NCBI RefSeq assembly: GCF_964213995.1
Contig: NW_027590154.1
Coordinates: 806,001 to 870,000, forward strand
DNA length: 64,000 bases
Direction of reading: 5' to 3'
Origin: Mustelus asterias
Lineage: Eukaryota
The notes beneath the pieces are model-generated. The model was not told the origin of the DNA and made no database searches. It worked only from the letters and a program-made list of their open reading frames with translations. Numbering within the stretch: position 1 is the first letter of the stretch; every line of letters begins with the position of its first letter. A program made the position numbers and the translations under genes. Of this stretch, positions 35,569 to 48,365 are shown piece by piece.

Positions 35569-37739
35569 AAAATCCAAAAGGTTTGGTTTAAATTACAAAT
35601 CGAAATGTATATTTTTATCACAGAATTTTTCGCCTTGACTTGTAAGGTGAAATTGGTCTTCAGCAGCTCTGTAAGAAAACTACCACGAGTTTCCCTTTTA
35701 TTCCACTGAGACGGCAATTGAAGAAAGTTGTATCACATGTAAAGATGGCAGCTGCTTTCTGGTCACCAGGCCAATGTAACCTGTCCCTTCCATTCTGTTT
35801 CCATCCTTCCTTAGAGATTTCCTCTTAAGAAAATAAGAATCGGGAGAAGAGAGGCCACTCGGCTCCTCCAATCAGTACTGTCATTTAACATGTTTGGGAC
35901 CAATCTTTTTCATGAAACAATAAATCTGCTCTGTACCTTTATCCCGTAAGCCATTCAGTGCCCCAAAATCCATCAACATCAATCCTGAACATGTTCAACG
36001 ATTGAAAAACCACAGCGATCACATAGTGAAATCCAAAATTATCAACAATTGGAGCGCAGCTATTTCTCATCATTCCAGTCGTTCTTCGTTAATCTGAAAC
36101 TCTCATCCTTCACACTATCTGGATGGAGAAATAGCTTCTGAGTATTCACGCTGTTAACTTCAAACAGGAGTTGAAACATGTCACTGAGAACTTTTCATGA
36201 TTTGAATCCAGACACTAAATACCCATACTATTCAATTTTCACCCCGTCCCTCTCGCAGTTCCTGCCTCCGGATACAAAAAGGATAGTATCAAGTATCAAG
36301 TGACCTCGTAGGTCAGAAGTGAAGTGCTAAAATAAATCAGTGAGAAAAATTATTTGATGATTTGTCCTTGCATGAATCATTGAACTAGTAGAAATGCAGG
36401 TACTCTTTCTTTGAGAAAATGTTCCACACATTAAGGCCATCAGGAAGAAAATCAGCCGGTCACAGCCCTCAGGATCTTCAAGGTTTCAACCAAGTGGCTT
36501 CTTAATCTTCGCAATTCTCACGCATTGTCTGCCTCGAATACACATCTGTTATGTACCCTGCTAATGTTAAATACGAGGGTATCCCAGAACCTAGAGGTGT
36601 AACTTGGAACACTGGTGCTTAATGGTTTATATTTCAATTTGGTGTCCATGAAGTACGACATGCAAACCCGGGAGGAACAGTCAAGTCTTGTTGCGATCAT
36701 TTAACAAAGAACATTTATTAACATAAAAAGAAAAGCGCATGACAAGCATGACGATAAAACACCAATACAGTGCACGTAACTACACTAATGGCTATAAATA
36801 CGCACGTTAACATGAAGTAACCCCTTTTTTCCCAACAACCAACTTTTCCTGAAATCTGACATGCCCCTTATTGCCAAACAGCAACCAATATTATACAACT
36901 GTATGAGCATCTAGAGCATATAAGTTCCAATTCCCTGAACGATCACATTGAAGTTACCTCTTCCACACCTGATTGTATTCCCCCAATCATATATGTAAAC
37001 CCTTGCTTTTCTGACTGGCATGTTAGTTCACTTATCAATACCCCCTTCTTCCAGCTGTCCTCATAAATTTCCTTTTTTAAATTTATATTACCTAATTTTC
37101 TTTTGTTTTAATAAGTTTATTCCTAATCTAAATTTTTCCCACTTCTTAACAAATCGTCGTTGCGTTCTGGTTTGTTTCCTGGCTCCTCGTGTTGAAAACC
37201 CTTGTGCCAATCTGAAGGATTTATCCTTTAGGGAATGGAACAAAGGCATAAAAGTAAAACAAAATGAATGTGCAGAGGGAGTTGCGCTCCTGGATAGTGG
37301 ACAAAGCAGAAAACGAATGCACACAGTCAACTGAGGACGACATTTGGAATAACAAAGATGGAACGTGGCATGATCTCGGGCATAGCAAACTCCTTCATTG
37401 GAACCCCTTCCATGCATTGACATATATCAGCCCTCGTTAACGCCTTTTGTCAAGATGCATCACCTAAAATTCCAGCTTTCACTCATTTACCAATTCTGCA
37501 AGCCTGAACCGGTCCGTTTGCAGCTGAAAGGTACAATTCTCAATCTCTGACACAATTCGAAATATTTAGAAATTTCAATCAATATGACAAGAACACGGAA
37601 CATATATAGTGCAGAACAGTGATACTAGCACTGAACTTTGGGGGAGCAACCACTGTTTATCACCAAAAATTAGGTTACATTGACATTTATCCCTGAGGCA
37701 AATGGGGCAAAAATGAAATTGTCCAGATTACTGGTTTGA

Positions 37740-38330
37740 ATAGAAAATAAGACTATTTTGGGAGAGACTACAGACTGCACGTTACCAAGGCACATACGTA
37801 TATAAATCACAACACGTTAGCATCGCAGATACGGTACATATTTAGGAAGGCAAACAAAATGTTCTGACTATACAGAGTGTTGGTGAAATCATACCTCAAC
37901 ACAATTTTCGTGTCCTGATTTAAGAAGGGTTATACGTGCATGGAAGCTCTTCGGGGAAGATTCATTACGTTATTTCCAGGGAACAAATGTTTGAATTATG
38001 GCAATATGTTTAGTTAGAAGTGCCGGCATACACTTGAATATAGATGAATGAGAGACGAACATTTGGAAACATAACTTTTTCTCAGCGTGTTTCACAACGT
38101 AGATGTGGAGATTGGAGAAAGGAGAACTCGTGGCACAATTTCAAAATAAGAGGCCTCCAACTTAGCAGAGATTAGGAGGAATATCTTCTCTCAGATTTTT
38201 TTGTGGCCTTCCAAATATCGAATGCTGAATTGGACATTTTTCTGATCTACAACGGAGTCAAAGGATACAGGACGCAGGCAGGATGGTAGATTTAATTCTA
38301 CAGTTAAATTGATTGGTGGTAAAGGCAGAT
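37740..38330 (+). mobile_element. Old CR1 fragment
   Basis: Degenerate matches to the CR1 3' region (aggaaggcaaac, gattaggaggaatatcttctctcag). Confidence 0.55.
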
Positions 38331-38744
38331 GAGCATATGGTTTTCAAAGAGCAATAGCATTAACAGCTGAATGAAATGAAATTCCACAGTTATTAGGAAC
38401 TGTCGGCTAGTGAATATAGGTAAATTGTTATTGCAAGGAGCGAGCCTGGAATGGAAGGGCCGAAAGCTTGGATGTGCTGTAATGATTCTGTGATTGTATT
38501 CCATGTGGAAGGAGGTGGGTGAAGTAGAAAATCTCAGCAATAGTGATCATAGTATCAGAAATTGATGTTACCAATAGAAAGATTTGTGGGACAATATAAA
38601 ATAAAAACTGGCTGAGAAACCGTGTCACCGATTTGAGGAGAAATATTGATCCAGTAAACTGCAATCTAATACCGTTAGGCACTAATGTATTGGATCAGTG
38701 GGTGTGGTTAAGAGAAAATTAATTCTGTTACAGTTGCAAACCGT

Positions 38745-41069
38745 TATATTGGATCTGGTGCTGGGAAATGAGCCAGACCAGGTGCTAGACTTGGAAGTTG
38801 GTGTGCATTTTGGTGATAGTGACCACAATTCGGTTACGTTCACCTTAGTGATGGAAAGGGATAGGCATGAACCTCGGGCCAGTGGTTTTAGCTGGGGGAA
38901 GGGTAATTATGAGGCTATTAGGAGAGAATTAGGAAACATAGGTTGGACTAGGAGATTACAGGGACTGGGAACGTCCGACATGTGGAGTTTTTTCAAGGAG
39001 CAGCTACTGCGAGTCTGTGATAGGTATGTCCCTGTCAGGCAAGGAGGAATTGGTAGGGCTAGGGAACCGTGGTGCACCAAAAAAGTTTCTTTGTTGGTTA
39101 AAAAGAAAAAGGAGGCTTATGTTCGGATGAGACGTGAGCACTCGGGTAGTGCACTAGAAAGCTTTAGATTGGCTAAGAGGGAGTTGAAGAGCGAGCTTAG
39201 AAGGGCTAAAAGGGGACATGAGAAGACTTTGGCGGATAGGGTTAAAGAGAATCCTAAGGCGTTCTATAGGTATGTCAAGAACAGAAGGTTGGTTAGGGCA
39301 AGTTTAGGGCCAGTTATAGATGGCAGAGGGAAGTTATGTGTGGAACCGGAGGAGATTGGTGAAGCATTGAACCAATATTTCTCTTCGGTGTTCACGCAAG
39401 GGGACATGAATATAGCTGAGGAGGACACTGGGTTGCAGGGGAGTAGAATAGACAGTATTACAGTTGATAAGGAGGATGTGCAGGATATTCTGGAGGGTCT
39501 GAAAATAGATAAATCCCCTGGTCCGGATGGGATTTATCCAAGGATTCTCTGGGAGGCAAGAGAAGTGATTGCAGAGCCTCTGGCTCTGATCTTCAGGTCG
39601 TCGTTGGCCTCTGGTATAGTACCAGAAGATTGGAGGTTAGCGAATGTTGTCCCATTGTTTAAGAAGGGGAACAGAGACTTCCCCGGGAATTATAGACCGG
39701 TGAGTCTCACTTCTGTTGTCGGCAAGATGTTGGAAAAAATTATAAGGGATAGGATTTATAGTTATTTGGAGAGTAATGAATTGATAGGTGATAGTCAGCA
39801 TGGTTTTGTGGCAGGTAGGTCGTGCCTTACTAACCTTATTGAGTTTTTTGAGAAAGTGACCAAGGAGGTGGATGGGGGCAAGGCAGTGGACGTGGTATAT
39901 ATGGATTTTAGTAAGGCGTTTGATAAGGTTCACCATGGTAGGCTTCTGCAGAAAATGCAGATGTATGGGATTGGGGGTGATCTAGGAAATTGGATCAGGA
40001 ATTGGCTAGCGGATAGGAAACAGAGGGTGGTGGTTGATAGTAAATATTCATCATGGAGTGCGGTTACAAGTGGTGTACCTCAGGGATCTGTTTTGGGGCC
40101 ACTGCTGTTTGTAATATTTATTAATGATCTGGATGAGGGTATAGTTGGGTGGATTAGCAAATTTGCTGATGACACCAAAGTCGGTGGTGTGGTAGACAGT
40201 GAGGAAGGGTGTCGTAGTTTGCAGGAAGACTTAGACAGGTTGCAAAGTTGGGCCGAGAGGTGGCGGATGGAGTTTAATGCGGAGAAGTGTGAGGTAATTC
40301 ACTTTGGTAGGAATAACAGATGTGTTGAGTATAGGGCTAACGGGAGGACTTTGAATAGTGTGGAGGAGCAGAGGGATCTAGGTGTATGTGTGCATAGATC
40401 CCTGAAAGTTGGGAATCAAGTAGATAAGGTTGTTAAGAAGGCATATGGTGTCTTGGCGTTTATTGGTAGGGGGATTGAATTTAGGAGTCGTAGCGTTATG
40501 TTGCAACTGTACACAACTCTGGTGCGGCCGCACTTGGAGTACTGTGTGCAGTTCTGGTCCCCACATTACAGGAAGGATGTGGAGGCTTTGGAGAGGGTGC
40601 AGAGGAGGTTTACCAGGATGTTGCCTGGTATGGAGGGGAGATCCTATGAGGAGAGGCTGAGGGATTTGGGATTGTTTTCGCTGGAAAGGCGGCGGCTAAG
40701 AGGGGATCTTATTGAAACATATAAGATGATTAGAGGTTTAGATAGGGTGGATAGTGATAGCCTTTTTCCTCTGATGGAGAAATCCAGCACGAGGGGGCAT
40801 GGCTTTAAATTGAGGGGGGGTAGTTATAGAACCGATGTCAGGGGTAGGTTCTTTACCCAGAGGGTGGTGAGGGATTGGAATGCCCTGCCAGCATCAGTTG
40901 TAAATGCGCCTAGTTTGGGGGCGTTTAAGAGATCCGTAGATAGGTTCATGGACGAAAAGAAATTGGTTTAGGTTGGAGGGTCACAGTTTTTTTTTAACTG
41001 GTCGGTGCAACATCGTGGGCCGAAGGGCCTGTTCTGCGCTGTAATGTTCTATGTTCTATGTTCTATGTT
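38745..41069 (+). mobile_element. Young 5'-truncated CR1 LINE with an uninterrupted ORF2 remainder (~740 aa, RT domain)
   Basis: ORF 38698-40971 with SDHN, NYRPVSLTS, YMDFSKAFD, GVPQGSVLGP, KFADD; (ATGTTCT)n tail at 41044-41069. Confidence 0.96.
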
Positions 41070-41167
41070 GAGCACGACATAAGTCCAGCTGGGAGAACAA
41101 CAGAGTGAAAATCGAGAGGGAGAACTAAAGAAAACGATAGACAGAAAGAATAGAAAGAGAAAGAGGG

Positions 41168-41442
41168 ACACACACACGCACAACACATAGACAGACAGAC
41201 GCACACACACATACACACACATACACATGCACACGCACACGCACACACACACACAATAATTCAGCTCAGCTTCTGTTAAATGCCAACCCAGAGGATGATA
41301 ATACTCGGAGATAATTAATACCATTGCATATCAACGGGAGATGAGACCGAGTGCAATGCGTCTGATGGAGGTGATATAAACGGGAATGTGAGAAAAGAAA
41401 ACTGAGAATGAGGGAGCGAGCGAGCGAGAGAGAGAGAGAGAA
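41168..41442. repeat. Imperfect (CA)n and (GA)n microsatellites
   Basis: Direct inspection. Confidence 0.9.
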
Positions 41443-41658
41443 TGACAAACCTAGCAGTCAGGCATGCGGGAACCACATAAAGAGATTTGCGAAAAGAATC
41501 TGAGCAGGTGGAGAAAGCCCAACCGACGAGATAGTGAACCAGATACAGACAAATTTAACTGTTGAATGTAGTTAATAGAATGTACATCACATTGCTGCGG
41601 CAGTTGCAAAATATCACAACTTGTGTGGAGTCAAAACGTCATATTAGAAAGAAGGAGC

Positions 41659-41697
41659 ATTTTTTGTACGGGTCTCTACTGACCTGGTAACGCTGTG
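41659..41697 (-). promoter_or_regulatory. 23-RSS
   Basis: cacagcg + 23 bp + acaaaaaat. Confidence 0.88.
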
Positions 41698-42050
41698 TGT
41701 CCCAGTACACAGTAATACACCGCACTGTCAGAGAACTGCGCATAGTGAATGGTTAAAGGAACAGTTCTTGCTGTGTTATCTAAAGTAGCATAAAGCAGCC
41801 GCTTCCCAAAGGCAGTCACAATTTTTCCAGAGCTCGTTTTTTCCAATAGATATTGAGGGTGTTTCTCTGGGTGCTGAATATACCAGAAGAAAGCAGGAGA
41901 AGTATGTGATGTCGAATAATTGCAGTTTAGCTTCACAATGTCTCCATAACTCACTCTGATACTCGGTGGATCCTGAAACACTGCCTCCATTTCCTCACTG
42001 GCCTGAATAAGAAGGATGAATACCGATGTCAAACAGAGAAAATGCTGCAT
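41698..42050 (-). CDS. TCR alpha/delta V segment, open frame, with an in-frame hydrophobic N-terminus
   Basis: MQHFLCLTSVFILLIQASEEMEAVFQDPP...LNCNY...FWYIQ...DSAVYYCVLG. Confidence 0.88.
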
Positions 42051-43209
42051 GATATCAGAATACAGAACACAGCAGCAACACAGCTTCGGACCCTTAGTAA
42101 TAGGTTTACAAAGCCTGCATCACCCACCCTCCACCTCAATAGTGGAACTAAATGAGCCAAAACCTGAAATGTGAACTTGAATGTATATCTGTGCGACCGA
42201 TGAGCGGAAATGGCAACTTAGATGACAGAATGACAGGTTTTCTGACAGATGTCACTTTCCATCAGCCCTCCAATCTACATCACTAAAATCGATGACCTGA
42301 TTATCACTTTGTTCTTTGTGGAGTTTGAAGCGCGCCCATTAACTGCCACTTCTCCTATATTAAGGCAGTGATGAAAATTCGAAGACTTCTTTGGGTGTAA
42401 AGCTCTTTGTGAAGTCCTGATATCATGAACGGCGGTATATAAATGGAAGTCTTTCTTGATTGCCTTTGAGAGACAGCGTGCGAATCAGAATCAGAAGATG
42501 CGATGGAAACGTTTACACTGAGTGCATTTTAACCGTTACATCAAACTCAATATCAGGAGTTTCTTTCTCAGTATCTTTCGGAATCTGTACATCTTCGTGT
42601 CACTCTATAGCTCTTCACCTCGACAACCCTATCTCTGAACTTATTGTGTCCCTCACCATGTCTCTGTACCGGGAAGGCAGATAGTGGAAGAAATATGCAG
42701 ACAAGTTATGCAATAATAGTAATGGAGATTTATATTGTCTCGTATTAATTCCATGCAAGAAGTCGGTAAAGGAGGTAAACGAATAGCTTCCTACGATTGG
42801 TTTCAGATGCTTATATAATCCGAAATGCTGGGCAAAACACCAACGAGGGAAGATTTACTATTGTATCTTGTAGTCAGGAAGAAAGCAGATCAGATCAGAG
42901 AAATAACTGGAGGGGAACGTTCAGCAATACAGATCATACTTCCTCATTAAGAGGTCCGAGATGACTAAGTGTTTGACGGAAAACAACTAACCACTTGATT
43001 CAGTGACAGGTATCCTGAACGGTACACAGTGAACCAGAATGTTTGAGTGATTCAGGTAGATGACTGAAAATTCAATAAAGAAACTCTCATGTATGTTTGA
43101 GCTACATTGCTGGAAGTAAGCTTACCAGCGCTGCTCCAATTACGTTTGCATAAGGAATATGGAGGTTAGGGAATGCAGTTGATGAAGAGATCAACAATTG
43201 TCTTAGAAT

Positions 43210-43525
43210 CCATACATTGCAAAAGGAGGCCATCAGATCCTTCGAGTCTGCAGTGACTCTCCGACAGAATATATTTTCCCGGTCCTCTCCCCTGCTCCAT
43301 CACCGTAACCCCACAGATTTATCGTGGCTATTAATTCCAACCCACAAATTTTTGACAAGTTGGCATGCTAAATGCATCTAACCTGCACATCATTGAACTG
43401 TCGGAGGAAAAGGGGCACCCCACACAGACACTGGGAGCATCTGCAAACTCCACGCAGCCTGCAACTGAACCCGGATTCCTGGAATTATGAGGCAGCAGTG
43501 CTAACCACTGTGACACCACTGTACC
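43210..43525 (-). mobile_element. HE1/V-SINE-like SINE, decayed
   Basis: Homologous to 1207-1526. Confidence 0.75.
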
Positions 43526-44244
43526 AATTAATGACAGCCAAGCACGCACGATGGGGTGAAGGGCCCATCGCACGATCTGCAAATGTTATGGATTTACAGG
43601 ATTCCCTTGGTGGTTTACACACTTCGCTGTGCGGATGTGAGCAGTGAGGATAAGATGGTGCTGCTCCATTGGATGACTGTCGATAAAACGCGAAATACAG
43701 CCATGGTCTGCTCCGCTACTTTTGCTTTCACCGTCTTTGCCCGGGTGCAGACAGCAGCGGAATCAATCGCTTCAGCAATTGCTGATGGCGAGGAGTGGGG
43801 CTGATCAACAAGGAAGGATCACTGCTTAAATCCGGTGAACATTATCCATTTCCAACCAATCCAAGAGCAGAGAACACACGTGACTTTAAATGTATGTCGC
43901 TAACTTTAGCTTTCTACTTCTTATTTACACCGCCAGTCTCATGGTCTCTACTAATGACGGATTCATTAAATGAGACAAATAGAAAGGGCACATTGATTGT
44001 CAGGTAGCAATGTGAAAACTCCGCAACGACGGTAAGTCACGCCACCTGCTGGTGGTTTCGGGTAGCTTTGTTTGTCGAGTTTGTCAAACTCTGTTGTCAC
44101 CCTTTGAATTATTTGAATTAATTTCCAGTCATTTGATAGCGATAAGGAGGTTTACAAAAAATGAGAGGTTGGTATAACAGAGAGACGGAAGCAATGAGAC
44201 AGAGTTATGAGGAAAGCCGCATAAGACACAGAAGGAACCAGAAA

Positions 44245-44895
44245 ATGCGATTCTTCACAGCTCTCATTTATTGGCGGGGAATATCCATCAGTTCCGGCAG
44301 AGTAGCCAATCCTGTCTCTGGGAAATGCCCCTCAGTTTCTCAAAAAATAAACCCAGACTATAACAGGGGCTACCCTTTACACTAGATTGGAATCACCGGC
44401 AGAATTAGAGCATTTTGTTACTTTGTATCGAGACGTATACACGGAAACCATCTGTTCGCCATGCTCCTTACTGATTATAATGATCTTGCTGCCCGACGGG
44501 TCCATTATTAAATGGTAACCATGTCATCCAGTGGTTATTTTTAAACCCTGACTTTTGAGCTAATCTGTATTTGTGTGACAGGAATGAGTGGCAAAACTTC
44601 AGTGTTCCAGGCTCATTTCGAATTGACAATTCGGGAAGGACAGTGTGGACTGGACTGCCGTTACTTGATAATCTACACTACCCCAACTCTCCTCTGGTAC
44701 ATGCAGTCTTCCAGGGAAGCTCCGAGATATTTGCTGAAGAAATATAGCTTAGGGGGTGAAGAAAGGTCCCCAAACCGAGGTTCTCTGCAGATTTGCTGAA
44801 GGGAAACAAAACAGTTCCTTTATATCTTCTGTCGGATACTGCTGTGTATTTCCGTGCCACACATAGATACATAGAGCGGATCCAGTACGAAACTC
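44245..44895 (+). pseudogene. TCR alpha/delta V pseudogene (probable leader 44245-44290, V exon from 44582)
   Basis: MRFFTALIYWRGISI; gacag|GMSGKTSVFQ...LDCRY...LLWYMQ...APRYLL; frameshift, then RFSADL...TVPL...SDTAVYFR (Cys to Arg); degenerate RSS; related to the V at 41.7-42.0 kb. Confidence 0.82.
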
Positions 44896-46049
44896 CCCAG
44901 AATGGGGGTTCCAGTTGGTGGCCAGAGGATGGCGCTGTCACACCGATAATTAGGGACAAGAATTAAACTCAGTGAGAGTCACAGGAATCTTCCGAAAAGA
45001 ACAAAATATAACCCCCCATAAGAAGAGGTGAGGGACACTTGCGGAATTGTATTAGTTGGTTTTAACTCGCGTTCATAATTAAACTCGCCTTTATAAATCT
45101 ATTTGAACTGTTTCGTTCACTTAGTGTTTTGAAGCTGTTTCCATGTCTCTCTGTAACATTAAACAACTCTTCCTCATCTCCCCTTTTAGATTTCTGGAGC
45201 CTTTGGCCCGAGACCAGTTCTCTGGTTTTTTTTGATCAGAGTGTGCTGTTGGGTCAGAAACAGTTTATGAAAAATGAACAGATTTCAGAACTCATTGACT
45301 TTGATCATTCAATTGAATTTCACAATGTTTCCCAAACAGTATTCAAATATTCATCTGATTTACAGAATCAAGGAGCAGCGACAAACAGATGAACAAGCCA
45401 GATATGATAAGAAGTTTAATGCTACCCTGGTATCAGGTGGAGACAGTCAGGGGGATGTGGAAATTGGCTGCTCGGATTTGTTTGAGAAATCAAAGTCACA
45501 ACATTATGAAATGTGTTCCGGATGTGCAAGCTGTCTCGAATATAGCAATAGTGATCAAATAAACGCTATGAACAGCTCACCCTCAAAGGCCCAGAAACTG
45601 AAAAGGGAGATGGAGCGAATGGTGTTCAATATGGTAAGCAGGCATGGAAAAAGAAGAAAAGGACAAATAGGGACTTCGGGATCAGAGGACGTCACACAAA
45701 CATGGAGAACTGTCCGTCTGCTGTGTGTGTGGCGCTTCACGGCCAGGTTTGACGGATGTTTGGGATTTTATCACCCAGGGCTGATTTTAGAGGAATACAG
45801 AGTTGATTAGCAGCAGAAGGGACGATTTAATTGACACATTCATTATGTGATGGACTTGTCGGCCTAAAACGGTTCTGCAGTTTGTTTTCTCGGCCTCTCC
45901 TGGAAACAGTTGGGTGACAGTTGATCCGAGATGAATGTGGTTTCCTGTCGGTTTGTGTTTGAGCGGCTGACAGCGCCGCTGCTCATTGTGGCTGCATCTG
46001 CCAGAAGTTCTATACAGCAGCGAGGAGCCCTGACTTATCCTGCTGAGAC

Positions 46050-46088
46050 AGTTTTTGTACAGGAGTCAGGCTGCTTTCCATCACTGTG
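46050..46088 (-). promoter_or_regulatory. 23-RSS
   Basis: cacagtg + 23 bp + acaaaaact. Confidence 0.95.
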
Positions 46089-46547
46089 AGGCTGAAAGCG
46101 CAGTAATACACGGCCGCGTCAGACAACTGCAGACCCGAGATAGTCAAACTGATGGATTTCTTCGGGATTTGGAAGTCAGTCGAGAAACGGATTTTAGCAA
46201 AATCTGCTTTATATTCATTACCCCGCGAGGGCCTTCTCAGTATGTACTCGGGCTGGGAGTCTGGATGCTGTCGGTACCAGTATAAATTATAGATGGTTTC
46301 TGCAGTATCATAGTTGCAGTTTAATGTCACCACGTCTCCTTCTGGCTTAACATCTGAGGACAGCGGCTGAGTGACAGAATCTCCATGGCTCAGACCTGGA
46401 AAATATGTTCAAATAGATAAAGAAAAGAGTGATGTGTAATCAACAGTAAGATTCCACCCAAGTTTTGGAAATGAGAAAACTAACGTGATGCCCAGAAATA
46501 CCTGTTAGAAATGCCCCCCACACAATCCAAATGACGAGCATCTTCAT
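46089..46547 (-). CDS. TCR alpha/delta V gene segment, apparently functional. Leader 46502-46547, V exon 46089-46395
   Basis: MKMLVIWIVWGAFLT|GLSHGDSVTQPLSSDVKPEGDVVTLNCNY...YWYRQHPD...DAAVYYCAFS; canonical phase-1 intron; same family as 6320-6782. Confidence 0.93.
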
Positions 46548-47295
46548 TGTTTCTGTCCGCTCTGTGAAGGCGGAATTGGTTATTTGAAGACACCCATCCT
46601 AAATCCCCACCCTTAATAATCTGACGACATTTCTCAGAGGCTCATGCCTCAGTTCCGTGTCTCGCCAGTGGCACCCTGAGATTGGTAATTGCTCAGATGA
46701 CTATCAGTGAATAGAAGCTCCCCGACCTGTACTACATTCGGTGTCACTGTTGGGCGAATTGTTCCGCTTTGGAAACGGGATGTCAAGAAAAAAACCTTCA
46801 TTTTGTTATTGGAACGGAGGAGCAAGGAGTGTTGATACATTTGGTGGATTTCCAATCAATGTTCTGTGCATATTCTCTTAATCTTAGCATCCAAGCATTA
46901 GTGCCTGAGACTCAGTGAGAGTCCAGAGAACGGTGGAGGCTGTGGGCCACTGAATAATTTTAAAACTGAGTGAAACCAACATTTTAACTAAAATGTATGC
47001 CACGGTTCAAGAAGATCAAGGCAGAAAAGTGGATTTAAACGGAAAATCAGATGAACTGTAATCTGACTGAATGTTAGAGCAGATTTGCAGGCAGTCTAAT
47101 TTTTATGTTCGAATGTTGAGTTATCGGTGGATGGGCTGTGAATACCATGCAATCTTCTTTGTTTTACTGAAGGTACAGAGAAATCAATCAATGAAGTCTA
47201 GTTGCCTGTATATTATTCCTGAGATAATGTAAAGCGTGTACTGTGGGTGCTGTCCTGAAAGCTGGCCATGCACTGTTGGAGAACAGATATCCACT

Positions 47296-47332
47296 CCATC
47301 TGACGAAGGAGCTGTGCTCCGAAAGCTTATGG
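47296..47332 (+). ncRNA. Minimal type I hammerhead ribozyme motif in a Penelope terminus (47290-47392)
   Basis: ccat-CTGACGA-a-ggagc(tgt)gctcc-GAAA-gc-T-T-atgg. Confidence 0.65.
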
Positions 47333-48159
47333 TATTTGCTACCAAATAAACCTGTTGGACTTTAACCTAGTGTTGTGAGACTTCTTACTGTCTGAAATCA
47401 GCAGGGTTAGGATATGAAATTGTCATGGTGCAGCTAATTGTGACATTGCCGTTTCTTCAAAGGTCCACTCAGAGACAACACGATGCACTGTGTGGTTGTG
47501 ATCCCATTCTGATATAATGTACTGGGAAGAGTCAACTTTAAGAACTTGCGCTTTTTCTTATTAATTATTATCAACATGGGGGTCACTGGACAAGTAGTTC
47601 AAGGGCCCAGAATAATGCTTTGGGAAAATTAGTTCAAATCCCACCATATCAAATCGTTATATTTCAATTCGATTTTGGAGAAAAATGGTCAAAATTTAAA
47701 TTTAGAAAAGTCAAGGTTATATTTAAATGTGATGAATTGATATTGAAAGCTCGTCGCATTGATGGTGCTGGAACGCTTTCACTGCAAATCCACCTAGTTC
47801 ACTAATGCACTTTGTGGAAGGAAATATGCCATCCGAGCGAGGCCTGGAATGTGTGTGATTGCAGAATAACAACAATATAACGAACTCTCAAATATCCCAG
47901 CCCGGTTCGAGGACAAAACGTGATGGACAGAAATATTGTCTTGTCACCGACGTCCAATTAATAATTTTAAAAAAGAGTTCATATCATTTGAATAATGGCA
48001 ATGCCTGAGTTACAGCGGTCAGGAGAACAGCATATTCTTTACTTTCAATTGGGAAGGAAACGCTAAGTGAGAAGTGAGAAAATTGATGAGGAGAGGTCGG
48101 TTGTGGTTCTGCTTCCTTCTCCCCGAGTCTATGACTACAGTTCGGAAAAAATCCCCGTA

Positions 48160-48365
48160 ACACTAAGGGGCAATTTAGCATGACCAATGCACCTAACCTG
48201 CAAATTTTTGGACTGTGGGAGGAAACCGTAGCATCTGGAGAATACCCAGGTAGACACGGAGAGAACGTGCAAACTCCGCACAGACAGTCATCCAAGGCCG
48301 GAATTGTATCTGGGTTCCTTGCGCTGTAAGGCAGCAATGATAACCACTGTGCCACCGTGCCGCTC
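48160..48365 (-). mobile_element. HE1/V-SINE-like SINE, 5' part
   Basis: gcggcacggtggcacagtggttatc... on the minus strand. Confidence 0.8.

Noticed and set aside
45274-45810. 178-aa ORF with possible splice sites
   Set aside because: No recognisable domain and no partner exons identified.
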